57,287 nt of DNA from NCBI RefSeq assembly GCF_001194135.2, contig NC_068983.1, forward strand, positions 8,709,170 through 8,766,456, given 5' to 3'. The stretch is from Octopus bimaculoides (lineage: Eukaryota). Made by a program: the position numbers and the translations under genes. Of this stretch, positions 12,720 to 26,236 are shown one piece after another. Position 1 is the first letter of the stretch. Each line of letters starts with the position of its first letter. The notes beneath the pieces are model-generated. The model saw only the letters and a program-made list of their open reading frames with translations. It had not been told where the DNA came from and searched no databases.

Positions 12720-13130
12720 GAAAGGTAAACTCTTTGAAGATGTTGCTGTTTGACTAAATCTGGTGAAATTACAGTCTTCAAGGTTCTTCTTAAACTGTAA
12801 TGAGAAAATGACTGCACGAAACAGTATAGAGCGAGATTTCCAGACCTTTTTTATATGGTGGAAATGAAATACAAAGCGTAACTTTCGTTGGAAAGATTAA
12901 CGTGTCACTCGTTATCAAGACGGGAGCAATAAGTGTGTTCAGACGTACTGAGTAGAATAACATGTGACAGGCGTCTCCTCGGATTAAGGACCATTCTCAG
13001 AACGGCAAAAAACATAGTGGGTGGCAGCACGTCCAGGAATGTGGCTGGAGAATATATGTAACATTGTGTCAATCAGTTGAGTGATATTTCTCTGTATATC
13101 ATCGAGGTTGGAAGTGTCTGATGTTGCGGT
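12720..13130 (+). mobile_element. Decayed RTE-clade LINE, C-terminal part of the ORF
   Basis: Frameshifted translation gives ERDFQTFFIW..RWKD*RVT, HVT, TIL and ARPGMWLENI. These match the order of the RTE C-terminus (E-x-x-I-x-AFE-x-W...W-x-D-x-VTN...GHV-x-R...TILQG...GRP-x-x-x-W-x-DNI). Confidence 0.5.
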
Positions 13131-13640
13131 CTACTCATAACAATCGGTCTCAGTCTCCAATGAGACATTCGTACAACCATCTCACAACAGTCTCATTCTC
13201 AAACATATAGAATATTCTATGAATATTGTACATGCCTGCTGCATATATTTCAAAAGTAATTTCTGCTATTAATTACATGATGTTATCATATATGATTGTT
13301 AAATCATAGAAATAGATTGAAATATCAGAGATACATTTTTATATATTTTACTACCTGCGGTTACCATGGACCGATTGTTCAGGGAACACCGCAAAATACA
13401 TCATAGTCCGTACACGCATACATATATGTTCATACATACATCCATAAATACATATATAGGTATGCATATGAATATATTCCGTATATATATAATGATATCC
13501 GTTGGGCAGCCGATAATGTAGGCATGTTGTAATGTTGGTATGGCTGCTCTTTTATATGTGGAATAGTATTATTGGATTGTTGGTATGGCTGTGGAATAGT
13601 GTTATAACACATGTTTGATACATATATATATATACATATA

Positions 13641-14515
13641 CAGGGTTTGGATAAAATAATGGTAACATCTTAACATTTCAAACAAATTAATTTTAATATG
13701 GGGTAGGACCACCTTTGCCAGAAATTAAAGCTTGAATTGTACGGGGTATAGGCTTGTACAAAATGTTAATTGATTCCAAAGGAATTTTTGTTCATTCTTC
13801 AGCTAAAACAGTCTCCAGTTCTTGTAGTGATGATGGTGGAGGATATCGACACCTAACTTTTTTTTTCTTTCTAAAATGCACCATAAACGTTCAATAATAT
13901 TGAAATCTTCGGACTGTGGTGGCCAGATAAGATGTTCAACTTCACTACAGTTTTTCTCGTGCCATTCAGTAACAACATTAGCTGTGTGAATTGGTGCATT
14001 ATCATCCTGAAAGATTGCTTTTCCCTCTGGAAACAGTTCGACAACCATAGGATGAATTTGATCAGATAAAATGCTTAAATAGTCTTGACTATTAATTCTG
14101 CCATGAAGGGAAACTATTGAACCGGCGGATGTCCATGATATAGTCGCCCAAATTATCACAGAACCTCCTCCATGTTTCACAGTTGGAAGACGGCAGTCTG
14201 GGTCAAATGCTTCTTTTGGCTGTCTCCACACGTATACTCGGTCATTGGTCGGAAATAAGATAAGGGATGACTCGTCCGACAAAAATAACATACGAGCACC
14301 AGCAATTTGACCTCTCTGAAAGACCGACAGATCTGTCATTTTAATGACTTTTTCTGGTGATATCTGAAAAACAATCAACAATTTTAGCAAAACATATTAA
14401 ACTACACTAATAATAAATCAAAAAACTAAATTAACAAGCTTTTCACGGTTTTATAGATATTTCAAAACTATGATGCTATAATGCTGGGTGTTTCCATTAT
14501 TTTGTCCAATCCCTG
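13641..14515 (-). mobile_element. Tc1-family DNA transposon, internally deleted (875 bp), both TIRs and TA target-site duplications present
   Basis: Left end is TA|CAGGGTTTGGATAAAATAATGGTAACA. The reverse complement of the right end is TA|CAGGGATTGGACAAAATAATGGAAACA (about 27-bp TIR, 3 mismatches). TA lies at 13639-40 and 14516-17. Confidence 0.95.
13693..14339 (-). pseudogene. Tc1 transposase remnant (DD36E): in-frame deletion of most of the HTH region, frameshift at an A-run, one stop
   Basis: MTDLSVFQRGQIAGARM|LFLSDES..VKHGGGSV.IW..FQDDNAPIH..WPPQSEDFNIIE. After the frameshift it continues VRCRYPPPSSLQELE..EE*..IP..GKGGPTPY*. Confidence 0.92.
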
Positions 14516-14631
14516 TATATACGTTTGTATATATATATATAATGCATACATACATATTGAAATATATATACATATACACTTACACTCACATATATATGTG
14601 TATGAGCGAATTCGTCTGTATGTGTGCGTGC

Positions 14632-14666
<35 letters not shown>

Positions 14667-16089
14667 TGTGTGTGTGTGTTTTTCCAGAATTGCTTACTAA
14701 TTAAGTAGCGTATTTGACAACACTGATCCCATACCTAGTGATTTAAATTGAGTAGTAATCGATTACGTGGACTGTAAAGGTAGTATCATTACCTTCTCAT
14801 GTATATAATGCCTAGCTGTAGAATTATGGTACGAGTGTCTTTCCTGTAGAACGGTCAAGCGCTTGACTTACATTCTAGTAGACGTTCTTTACTCGTTAGA
14901 ACGATTGAACCTCAGTCCACGAAAGACAGAAATTCACTATATATGTAACATAATGTAAAATAAATAATCAAAAAAATAAAAAAATAAACAAATACTGCAA
15001 GAACACTGCACTAAGATAAATGTGTTATTTTAACGCTTCAAATGAAAAGGAAATGAAAGAATATCTTTGATGTTTCGGACAATAGTACTTCATCTGAAAT
15101 AAAAGGAACATGAGAGGAAACATGGAACGACAAAAGAAAAAAAGAAAACAAAAACAATAAAATACATGAGGAAATAGCTTATAAAGTGTGGGAATGTAAG
15201 GTCTTTTAGCCGGAGGAGTTACTAATTTATAAAGTCGCATCACCTTGTGTGTATATGTAAGTAGGTGTACTTTTGTAGAAGCATGCCAGAATAGACGTAG
15301 TTCAGTGAATGAGTTATCACTGATACCTGTGTGTGTGTGTATTTTGTGTGCGCCTGAGTGTGTGCTTGTATGTTTGAGTGTATCAGGTAAATATACATTT
15401 TGCAAAGAACGGGAAACAATTGGCCAAATACGCGTGCGTATGCATATCAGTGTGTTTCCGTGGTCTTATGTGTTTCGTGTGGCATGAAAGAACAACTATA
15501 AGGGTAAATTGGTTCGACGTATGTGTAAGAGTGCACGGTGCATGTGATATTCTATGCGCGTGTGTGTATGTCTATGCGTGTGTACGTGCGTGTGTGTTTG
15601 TATTTGTATCGTGTGTGACTGTGTGTGTTAGTGTAAGTATATTACGGTCCTATATACGAGTTATTGTGTGTACTTATGCTTACAACAATTTACAAACGCA
15701 AGTGTCCGTATAGTGTGGGCCTATATATTCCTAAGATTTAGGTGCATGGTTGCACAGTTCAACAGCGTATTTCGCCATACATTTGTCTGTATTCCCTGCT
15801 GATTCTATAATTGAAATTCTTCTTTATCAGTAGTTAAAGCCTCATTACCAAGTGTTTTAATAGGTTTTCACGCTGTTTGAAATTGTTTATATATTGTAAT
15901 AGGGGAAGAATTGTCCAAAATGTTCTTTCTCCTGACAGTAACAAATACATGAGTTGTGTGTGAAGTGTCTTGTTTTCTTCGCAGAAGTGTAACGGATTTT
16001 GTTCCTGAACTAATTACTAGACTTCGTAATGTGTTTCTACATGTGAAGACGTTTTATCAAATTTACAATATTCCTACATATCATGTATG

Positions 16090-16194
16090 ATATGTAAGAT
16101 AGAATAGACTGAAATCAATTCAGGATATGACAGTGTGATACCACAGCTGTTATTAAAGTAATTTTAAATGTCAGCAAAAAGAAATTGGTTATGT
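16090..16194. repeat. Copy 1 of a diverged ~105-bp direct duplication (copy 2 at 17046-17151)
   Basis: Both copies share ATATGTAA..AATAGA..GATATGA.AGTGTGA..GCT.T..TTAAAGTAATTT.AAATGTCAGCAAA.AG.AATTGGT.ATGT. Confidence 0.75.
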
Positions 16195-16883
16195 CAAATA
16201 CAATAATATTGGACATATACATGTGTGTGTGTGTCTATATGTGCATTGAACTGTAAATATATACAAACGTATTTGGAAACATATACGTGTATATTTGTGT
16301 GTGTGCATGTGTGTGTGTGTGTGTGTGTGTGCATGTCTGTGTGCGTGTGCGTGCGTGTGTGTCTATGTGTGGTGTGTCTATGTAATTATATAGAAGATAT
16401 ACCTGAAAATTGGAAATGCACACTTTGCAATGGAAGAAACGGTTGCAAAAATGAACGTGCCAAACTAAATGGTCTGGGTACATAAGCTAATGCTTTTCTG
16501 TGCTAATTCGTCCTTCTTGTAAAAATGAATTAGCTAATACGTTTAGTAGAAATGAAAGATATCATCCAAGCAAGTGCAAACGGTAGGAGACTCAAAAACA
16601 GAGCCTAGTTATACGATATCGTTCACCAATACCTGGTTACTAAGTTTGCTTTCGCCAATCACTTTTATGTCAGTGTATAATGAAGACCGCCTCATCAGTA
16701 GCTGGAAGGCGTGTTATTCTCAATAGCCTGTAACAGATATTTCCGACTATGTCAGCACATTATCATGTATTTCTGGTGCATGATCTTTTGCTTTCAACAG
16801 TATAACACTGCTAGTTTCTGAACTTTATACTGGACTTCGTTACCCGTTGTGATATGTGAAGGCATTTTATCCAATTTACATTA

Positions 16884-16891
16884 TACATACA

Positions 16892-16961
<70 letters not shown>

Positions 16962-16988
16962 CATACATAGAGGGAGAGAGATATGTTT

Positions 16989-17039
<51 letters not shown>

Positions 17040-17040
17040 T
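16884..17040. repeat. Compound microsatellite (TACA)n(TA)n..(AGAT)n
   Basis: Directly visible. Confidence 0.95.
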
Positions 17041-17045
17041 AATCA

Positions 17046-17151
17046 ATATGTAACGTATAATAGATGAACCGTTTTCTCTAGATATGAGAGTGTGACATTC
17101 CGGCTATAGTTAAAGTAATTTCAAATGTCAGCAAATAGTAATTGGTGATGT
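17046..17151. repeat. Copy 2 of a diverged ~105-bp direct duplication (copy 1 at 16090-16194)
   Basis: Collinear with copy 1, offset by about 956 bp. Confidence 0.75.
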
Positions 17152-19000
17152 ATAATGGAACAATGTTTACGAAGTCTGACATTGTGAAGCTTCATTTTCA
17201 GAACTGTAATTTCAGTATGCAGGTTTTCAGGACAGCTGTAAAGAATCTTAGAAGAATATACTAGCTCTTCAAAATTATGTTTGGGGCTCTAGGGAACAAC
17301 CCGTATTAGCAACCGGATTTTAGATCCCAATCAGTCATTTAGAAACAGTTTGAGTGGCTGCATCTTCAATTGAGAAGAACATTTTGGATAATATAGTTTT
17401 AATATTCACAGACAATTTTTCAGAAGGAAATTAAATGATCGTGGATCGAACGGTATTGATAGCAGATTCACTGAATCAGGGTTGACCTAGAACTAAATAG
17501 CAAAACCTTACTCTCAGATATTCTTACTTGGAAACAAAATGTCATAAAAGAAAATGAACCAAACAGCATTTCATGTATGATCCACTGAAAAGAAAGAAAA
17601 ATCGTGATTGTGTAAGAAACGATACGTACAGAAATACAAAACAGATGACAGATCGCCTTTAGACGACATGATTTTAATGTTATATATTTCGTTAATGTTG
17701 TTTTCATGTTTTAATATGACCTTCGTTATATATTGGTGAATACATTTTGATGTATGTTTTGGTTATAAGAATTTTATATAAAAGTCATTATTAAAAGATG
17801 AGACAATATTTATTGCTATAAAAATGGCTCTCTATAGCAAATCAGTCGTATAAGTCCAAAGAACAAGAAATAAATCAAAACATTTCTAGCCACATCATCA
17901 TTCGTTAAACATTCGAGTGATTTAAAGCTACAGACTCTGATTACGTCTGGAAACCAAAACTGTCATTGAAAACAGTCATTTTTTACAATTCCTTTACAAC
18001 AAAACCAGCATGTTCAATACAGCAGGCTCCAAAGTTAGACTCTACTTCCTACATATTTAATGAAAGATGTGGTATAAAAGTCTTCAGTTATCAATTGTTC
18101 AGATAGTATATGACGATTATAAATGTGTATTATTGGTGTAGGTTCAACGCGTCTTTCAAACAATAGCCACTGATATAGTATACTTTATTGAAAACCTAAT
18201 TGTGTGATAAAGCTAGGTTTTTATGCTGAAGTCTGATTAATTGTCGACTAATAAAAACCCTTCTCGCAGAAACACCTGATCATTGCCATCAATCGCTGAG
18301 AAGTGCTTTGGGACAAACACGGTATGTTTTTAGTTTTTATATTTCACAAATTATTATAAAAACATGGTAAGAAATAATGTTAACTCTAGACAGGTCAAAA
18401 TACGTACATTATATTATTTAGTTATATAATTACAATACTTCATACTTATTATAACAGTAAATAATAGATTGTTTTAATTCCTCTCCCATGAATATAGCAT
18501 ATCTGCATAAAATTATAACAAGTATAGATATTGTGTTTGTGATAAGAAATTCTAGATATATAAATTAAATGAATTCCCAAATTCCGTTGCCAACTAACAT
18601 CTGTTTTGTTAATATTGATTTCTAACATGGGCAAAAAAGCATTCATTTTGGCAGGAATAAATACCCATTTATTTTAATCTACTTGTCCACTGGATCTGAC
18701 ATGGTTGAGCCTTGTAAAGATAAACGGCAATATAGACCCTGGTGGATCTGAATTCAAAAAGTAAAGACTTATTGCTGAGGTGCATACTGAGGTAGTTACC
18801 TTTGATATTAAAATTTCTGTGAATCTGTCACCCATCAGTCAATGATTCTCTTGTTATTGCTACAAACTATATATGCCAGTCGTCAGTGTCAAACATTGCG
18901 AATATTTTTATGTATAGAATATTCCACACTCTTCGGATACAAATATGAATATGGGGACAAAGCATTCGATGTACGACATCCTGTTCGCAAGTTCAGTATC

Positions 19001-19185
19001 ATCACTGGTACCAAGCTGTATCGGCCTTTGCCTTTCCCTTGGATAACATCAGTAGTGTGGAGAGGGAAGGCTGGTATTTATGGGCGACAGCTGGCCTTCC
19101 ACAAACAACCTTTTTCGGACTTGTGCCTCGGACGGTAACTTTCTAGGTGTAATCCTATGGTCATTAATGACCGAAGGAGGTTCTC
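19001..19185 (+). mobile_element. 3' half of a SINE (5'-truncated) ending in the hairpin GGTCATTAATGACC
   Basis: Sharp GC-rich island ATCACTGGTACCAAGCTGTATCGGCCTTTGCCTTTCCCTTGGATAAC..TTCTAGGTGTAATCCTATGGTCATTAATGACCGAAGGAGG. I recall it as an octopus SINE tail; there is no second copy in the window to confirm. Confidence 0.55.
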
Positions 19186-20234
19186 CTCTATCTTATGTGT
19201 CCTTTTGGTTTTGCAATAGTAAGATGTAGTTGAATTGAAACTGCTACATCTGGAAGCTTATTTAACCATGTAGAGAATTCTTAGTAAACTTGTAGGTAAG
19301 ATGGTGCTCTAAAGCCTCTGATTTCTATTTCCGGCATTTGCTTCTTTCTATCACTTTTACGACCGATAGAATAATCATTGATACTTATGGTGAAAAGTTT
19401 GTGTCGTTAACGAAGTTTAATAATATCAGAGCATATATAAACTTGTATCTAGCAATTAGCGAAAGATTAAGTAATATTAATCCTTGAGGAGGTTAACTTA
19501 TTTCTCATTGGACAATCGCTTTCTAGTGAATATTGTGACATTCTCCAACTTAAAAATATGAACACAATCTTCACTAAAATACTTCTACAAATATGTGAAT
19601 CATCCACATATTCGAACTAACCTAGTTTGCCATCCGTTTAGCTCTAAAAAAAATAATAATCAATACATTTTCCATGATTAGAACATTCACAATGGACATA
19701 TTTTCGTAACTAAATACCTTAATTGTTTTAAATTGGTGTTTCACTTTCCTTAATACATATCGGAGACTATAGATAATTTAAATAATTATATGACCATATA
19801 CGATTTCAGTAATTAAATATGATTTAATTAATTACATCTATTATTTTTTTTTGTCTATCTAACATCGAAACCCAAACTGAAAGCAATATAATTTCAAATG
19901 TATCACTGTTTTTTTTTTTACATCATAGAAGACAAGGACAGTCATTTAATTTAGTGAGTTCGTATGCACGAAATAGCTATTCCATTATGTCTTGTGTTTT
20001 CTCTTCTCGATAAAAGACATTTAAAACGTAATTATCTCGTCAAATATGTTACGATAAAACAATACTGAAATTAAATTTAGAATACAATTTTTGACAAGAC
20101 AGGTTGTTGGCGTTTCTTACATTTCATTTCCACTTGAATTTGTCTAATCTTTAATTAATATACCTAAGCACTAGAGTCGGTTGATTAACAAAACTTGTGA
20201 AATTGATCACTTATCTGTAATCTTTCACATATTC

Positions 20235-20330
20235 CTGACAGTGGACTCAGGCCATGCTGGGGCACTGCTTTGAAATTTTTAGTCGAAGGAATCGACATCC
20301 AGTACTTAATTATTAAAGTAAGGTACTTAA
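20235..20330 (-). mobile_element. SINE family B 3' fragment
   Basis: GGCCATGCTGGGGCACTGC..TTTAGTCGA..AATCGAC.CCAGTACTTA is the reverse complement of the family B tail (cf. 35680-35735). Confidence 0.55.
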
Positions 20331-20395
20331 TCAACAAAGCGCTAGACTACAGAAATCTCTCTCTCTCTCTCTAGCACACACGCATACACTCACAT

Positions 20396-20457
<62 letters not shown>

Positions 20458-21434
20458 NNNNNNNNNNNNNNNNNNNNNNNNNNNNNNNNNNNNNNNNNNN
20501 NNNNNNNNNNNNNNNNNNNNNNNNNNNNNNNNNNNNNNNNNNNNNNNNNNNNNNNNNNNNNNNNNNNNNNNNNNNNNNNNNNNNNNNNNNNNNNNNNNNN
20601 NNNNNNNNNNNNNNNNNNNNNNNNNNNNNNNNNNNNNNNNNNNNNNNNNNNNNNNNNNNNNNNNNNNNNNNNNNNNNNNNNNNNNNNNNNNNNNNNNNNN
20701 NNNNNNNNNNNNNNNNNNNNNNNNNNNNNNNNNNNNNNNNNNNNNNNNNNNNNNNNNNNNNNNNNNNNNNNNNNNNNNNNNNNNNNNNNNNNNNNATATA
20801 TATATATATATACAAGAATAAGAGGAATTACCAGCAAATGTGGATTCCTGAATGCTAGAAATAGATGCCGAATCATCCAACCACGAAAAAGTATGTTCTC
20901 AGTAGAAAAATCAGCGACGCAACAGTGTTTCAATTTTTTTAAAATAATAATTAAAAAAATTTACATTTTCGTCATTAATGCGATATTTTATCAGTGGGAA
21001 ATCCGTAAAATTTGTCATGCATGAGGAAAACTATATTTCAGTAGTCTAGTTACATTGAAAACATTCCGGTTTAACTGTTATGTTCTTCAACCTAGAGTCA
21101 ATAAAACCGAGGAAGCTTTTTTTCATAGATGCGAGGTAAATTTAATGTTGTTTTAAATCATGCACATTAGTATAACGAGCATTGGGCGCAGAGTATCGTT
21201 TGAGAATTGAAAGAGAAAAAAAAATGCGCTCCCATATTTAGTTATAGAAGTTATTTCCGTGTTATGCATTTATTATTATTTAGTTAGTACAGCAAGAATG
21301 GCCTTCAGATAAGTCAAGAAATCGAAGCAATTCCAGTTACTATATGATATTAATTACATTCATTCATTACAGAACTAATGCCTCTATCGAGAAAACATGG
21401 AAGGCGCTATGGCGAATCTGTCCCCGAAAGGTTC

Positions 21435-21755
21435 TGTCGTCGTCGTCCTCTATTGCCGTATGACTTCAGCTAAAGTCTTTCTGATTAAGCGCGAGTCCTC
21501 CAAATTCCTTGCCACTCTTGTTCAAACAACTCTTCATATTTTCCCGCCATAACGATCCTTGTCTGCCTCTTAACCTACTCTTCCTTCCATGATGATATTT
21601 TTAGAACTTTCCTTCTTTGAATATGGTCGAGATAGATGTGCTTTTCTTATTTCACAATGTTCAGGAAAAGTCTTCTTTCACCTATGTTTTCTAACACAAA
21701 TTCTTGGTCATATAATGTATCTAAGAGACTCGTAACATTCTCTTATACACCCACA
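21435..21755 (-). mobile_element. RTE-clade LINE 3' end, decayed, with (GAC)n tail
   Basis: Minus-strand pieces WVYKRMLRVS*, EFVLENIGERRLFLNIVK*EKHIYLDHIQR, NIIMEGRV and RGRQGSLWRENMK follow the RTE C-terminal consensus order. They end in GACGACGACGAC. Confidence 0.78.
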
Positions 21756-24094
21756 GGAAAATACCATTTTACAGAATGATGTTCAATATGTAGTGTTCGA
21801 AAACGTCATATACAGGGAAGAAACTAAACAGACACTTACGGTATAAACGACATTTTATCATGGGTTTACTAGAATTTCCAAACCGACATAAATAGCACTC
21901 ATTTATAAGTATAACCCTCATATCCATCCTACAATGTTAACATAAATAAAGCACATTCATGAGGTAATTTGAGATAAAATATACTTGAATAAAAGAAACT
22001 ATTAAATCAAACAACATCACAACATCTCGAGAAATAAATTTACGTGACACCTTCTTGTTCATCATATTCTAGAATATGTCGAAGAAGAAATATTTGTTTT
22101 CCGCTGTGACATATTTTCAACAATCCGGTCTCCTTGATTGATATTATTGGCACAGTAATCTAGCATCATCTGTCCCATGGTCGAATCTCCGGAGATTATA
22201 GAAGACCCCCTCTTCACTCACGTTCGGGGCTACAGAATTAATGTGATGTCTAAGTGTTTCCGCAGGAAGCTCACGAGAGGTGATAAATTTCTATTTCTAA
22301 TCAACACATGCGTTTAATAGTTGGAAAATGTGGAATTAAAATCACCGAATCTTGCGAATAGATGTGTAGAAGTTATTAATTTTAGAGACAAACTTTTAAC
22401 TAATTGTAGATAATCCTTCTGTATGTTTTTTTTTTTTAACTTCTATCATAGAGATAAAACATCCCTGAAATATCGAAGAGTAGTTGCGCAGACAATTTCT
22501 TGAAAGACCCTTAAATTTTTCAACAATTTCTGCATCCTGTCGTATCTCCAGCTTCATAGGTCACATCGTGTCGCTGCATGCAGATTATTCCGCACGAAAT
22601 CTGTGGATGATGCTGAGTAAGTATCTCCTCGTTTAACTTGAGATCGCATAGAAATAAATCTGAGCTCAACTCACTAAAAATACACAGATCTTTCGTTGTT
22701 ACAGTCTACTTATCACTTGCACCCATAACAAATGCATTTCTTTCCGTAGCTTCCAGACATGCAAGGAAATGTTTAACTGTGCCGCCCGATCTCCTGCCAA
22801 GGCTCCGAGTTTTATTGAAATGCTGAGCAATGAAAGTCATAGTCTCATTTGATCACTAATGATGAATGCTAATTATTTTCTATGATTAAATTCTCAGAGA
22901 AAGATGAAAATAAAGAGCATTGTACAAAGCATTGCATTTTACTTTTTACCATCATTCCGCAAGTTTCTGAGTTTCATATCTTAACCGGAATACGTTTATC
23001 ATTCGTTCGTCTGAGATCGATGAAAATATTAGTAAAAATGATAAATTATAATACGCTAACCTGAAAAAGGAAACACATTGCATACAATGAACTGAGAACC
23101 GCATGCTATTACAGTTCTCTTTGTCACTTCCCATGCTCGCTACTATCTTTCCTTTCGCTACTGCTATTCCTAGGATCAAGTTAGCCTATCGATCGGGAAC
23201 ATATATTGACAGATATTTAATGAAAATTAAGTGAGTTTAAAGAAGATCTAATTATGTAAGTTATTGCATTTGTGAAATTTTTAGATTTTCAGTTAAGCTT
23301 TATATTAGTATTATTACTTGCATGGCTACAACTGAGTATTATGATATATTGCAGTTTCTGGTTTTAATGATTCTGTACTATATATTCATATATACTTTAA
23401 AATTATATGAAGAGTGCGTGTAAACGAATGTGCATATTTGTTTATATAAGAAAATATATATTCAAATTTTATGTATATGGCTGTGTGTGTGTATGTAAAT
23501 GGTTGCATTCATATTTAATAAACCAAGTGACTTGTTGCTTTGTATTTGATCCGCTCTGACCATAAACAGCCTTTCATGACAGGGATGATATTTGAACGGA
23601 AATTGATCTATCTACAGTGAAACTTCATGGACAATTTTCCACCAAACAAAAACTGCTACAATAATTCATCTTACAGTAATGTACACATCAGAAAGTGTTG
23701 CTGCATTTCACGAGTTATTGTGCATTGAAATAATGCTTTCAGTGTGATCCATTTTGTCACAGCGGAAATTATTTTCATAAATATTATATGAATGCTGTAG
23801 AGGTTGTCTAGTTCGCGGGTCAAGCTAGTTAAAGATAACTGTTCAACGCTAGTAAGATGTATTATCAAAGGTGCGTATACGGTAACGATTTATCCATTGT
23901 TTCTTTCAAAGAAGAAACTGTATATAAAACTAATTTATTCAATATACCTTTACATTGCCATTTTCCGAGCCGGTTAGATATGATATCAAGTTAACTTGCC
24001 TAGATTTTGTTGCAAAATGCATTTCTAGTTTAGGCAGAAGGACATTAATTTTGAGATATGATTAAGATTTGTCTTAATCCGCACAAAGTTTGAT

Positions 24095-24230
24095 TCTGGC
24101 ACAATGCCAGCAATCTCGTGGGAAGGGTTCCATTCTTTACCATCAGTCAGAGAACGTGACTCCTATTCTATTTTACCAACCCTGAGAGGATAGATGGCAA
24201 ATTTGACCTCGATGAAATTTCCCAAATTTA
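24095..24230 (-). mobile_element. SINE family A, highly degenerate fragment
   Basis: GGCACAATGCCAGCAAT..TATTTTACCAACCCTGAGAGGATAGATGGCAAATTTGACCTCG is the reverse complement of the family A body and tail B. Confidence 0.5.
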
Positions 24231-26236
24231 TGAGTTTGACAAATTACGCAAAACATTCTTTCGACATTAACTATTCTCCCAGTCAATCAACCTCAAGACA
24301 CCTATAATTAAATTCATATCATACCCTGTTTTTATACGTATCTGGGTATCTTAGACTACATCGTCGAATATGAGTTTTGGTTTTAAAATATCAATGAACT
24401 ATTTAAGAGAGCTATTTGTGTGAGCTAATTGAAAATTATTATTAATAATATGAGCCTTTACGTAGAAGCTCTCAAACTCTCACAAAATGTAAATAGTTGA
24501 AACAGGCATCACAAGATTTGATCTCAAGATTTTGCATTACATGTCCTCACTTTTATTGTTAATATAATGAAATTCCTTCGAAAGCCCATAAATATGAATT
24601 ACAAAAAATAGAAGTAGGTGCCATCAGATACGAAGCGGTAACTTGTTTAAAATTTTTTTCTTTTTTATTAAGGGTCAGCTCTGATCGATCTAAACTGTGA
24701 TAAAAAGCACTCCAAAAGAGGAAACCATACTTCATTTTTATTACGTGCAGTGACGATGCCGATCTATCAAGTCGTTAGCAAGCGGAACAAAATATCAAGC
24801 CTTATTTCTACTGAATCATTGCACATTCATTTCAAATTTCCCCGGGCTGCACTTTTCTTTTCATCATTTTAAGTTCGATAAAAAAAAGTATCAGCGGAAC
24901 ACTGGTCTCGATGCAGTCGACTCACCTTCAACCACTAAGTTCGCGTCAAAATCTGAAACAGTTATTGTTAGTTACTGTGCATTCTACTCCATATATTCTA
25001 AAGTGTTCTTTTTCAATGGAGAGCATGTATATTGTGGTTTGCGGATGAATTTGTTGCCATTTGACTGAGCGACCTCAGAGTTCATACATATTTCGTGGTG
25101 AAATCACTTCATTTAACTTTATTCATATACTCACCAAAGCCATAAATGTTACACAAAAATTGCCATGCAATAGAGTGATTGCCTATATTGAAAATATTAA
25201 CTATAAATCTAACCCTCTTATACGAGTTATGAGAAAACTTTTGACTATTCAAACTAATCCTTGCTGGAAATAATGAGCATTGGCTAATGGTCAGCGTTGC
25301 CACAGAATGATACGGAAAATAAGTGAACGAGTTGAAGAAGCATCAACATAAGAAGATAATTTTAACGCTATGCCAGATTGCGAGATGTTTTTATGATCTC
25401 ATTTTATATCGCATGACATTTTACGAGGTGTATTATATCGTTAGATTTTTAACTTGATGTATCATTATACATTTTACAGAATCTGCTTTGGCAGTAATAT
25501 CAACGCGAGGAAAAAAAATATCAATAAAATTTACAATTTTAAGCAATACATTTCATTATAATCTAAATTACTTCATTTCTGTAAATTTATATTAATGTTT
25601 CGAAACTGAAGACATGTTTAGCGTTTACAATTTTGAATTGGAAATTATTTAATTTCCTGGACCCCATATAAAAATATTGATTTCTAGTAGAGCAACAACT
25701 GCTTGTGAGGAGGAGAGCGCTACTCATAAGATTTGCTTCCAGTTCTTTATTGATACTCAGCTTATTGATTTTTGGAATGTATATCATAAAGTCAACACCT
25801 GCGCAATTTGCATACTGAACAGCAATACTAATTATTGGAAATCTGCGTCGAGTAGCAATGGACTCTTTATGATCTAGCCAATAGAATATATTATAGTACA
25901 TATGCTCATATATGTCTGTTTAATAAAGAAGTCTGTTTCGAAAATGTGTGGTACAAACTTTGATCTCAGTGCGCAACATCTTTGCCAAATAATTTTATCA
26001 TAGTTATCATGGTAGCATGTCCAGTCAGCAAACTTTACGAGACGGACAACGTGTAGATATTTGTCTTATATTTATACATATATGCGTACACGTTTATGTA
26101 TACATCTTTATGTAAATCTAAGCCAATGAGGCAACTGTTCACGTTTATACAATAATTACACGAATTTGAATATATACACGTGCAGGCGCGCGCGTGCACA
26201 CACACACACACATGTATACACACACACAAAAAAAAG

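Noticed and set aside
16645-16700. Minus-strand CTGATGA...GGCGAAA with a partial stem II
   Set aside because: No convincing stem I or stem III in either direction.
22440-22830. Higher-GC segment with faint hAT or mariner-like peptide fragments, plus a possible 65-nt exon
   Set aside because: The matches were inconsistent across frames and no family motif was secure.
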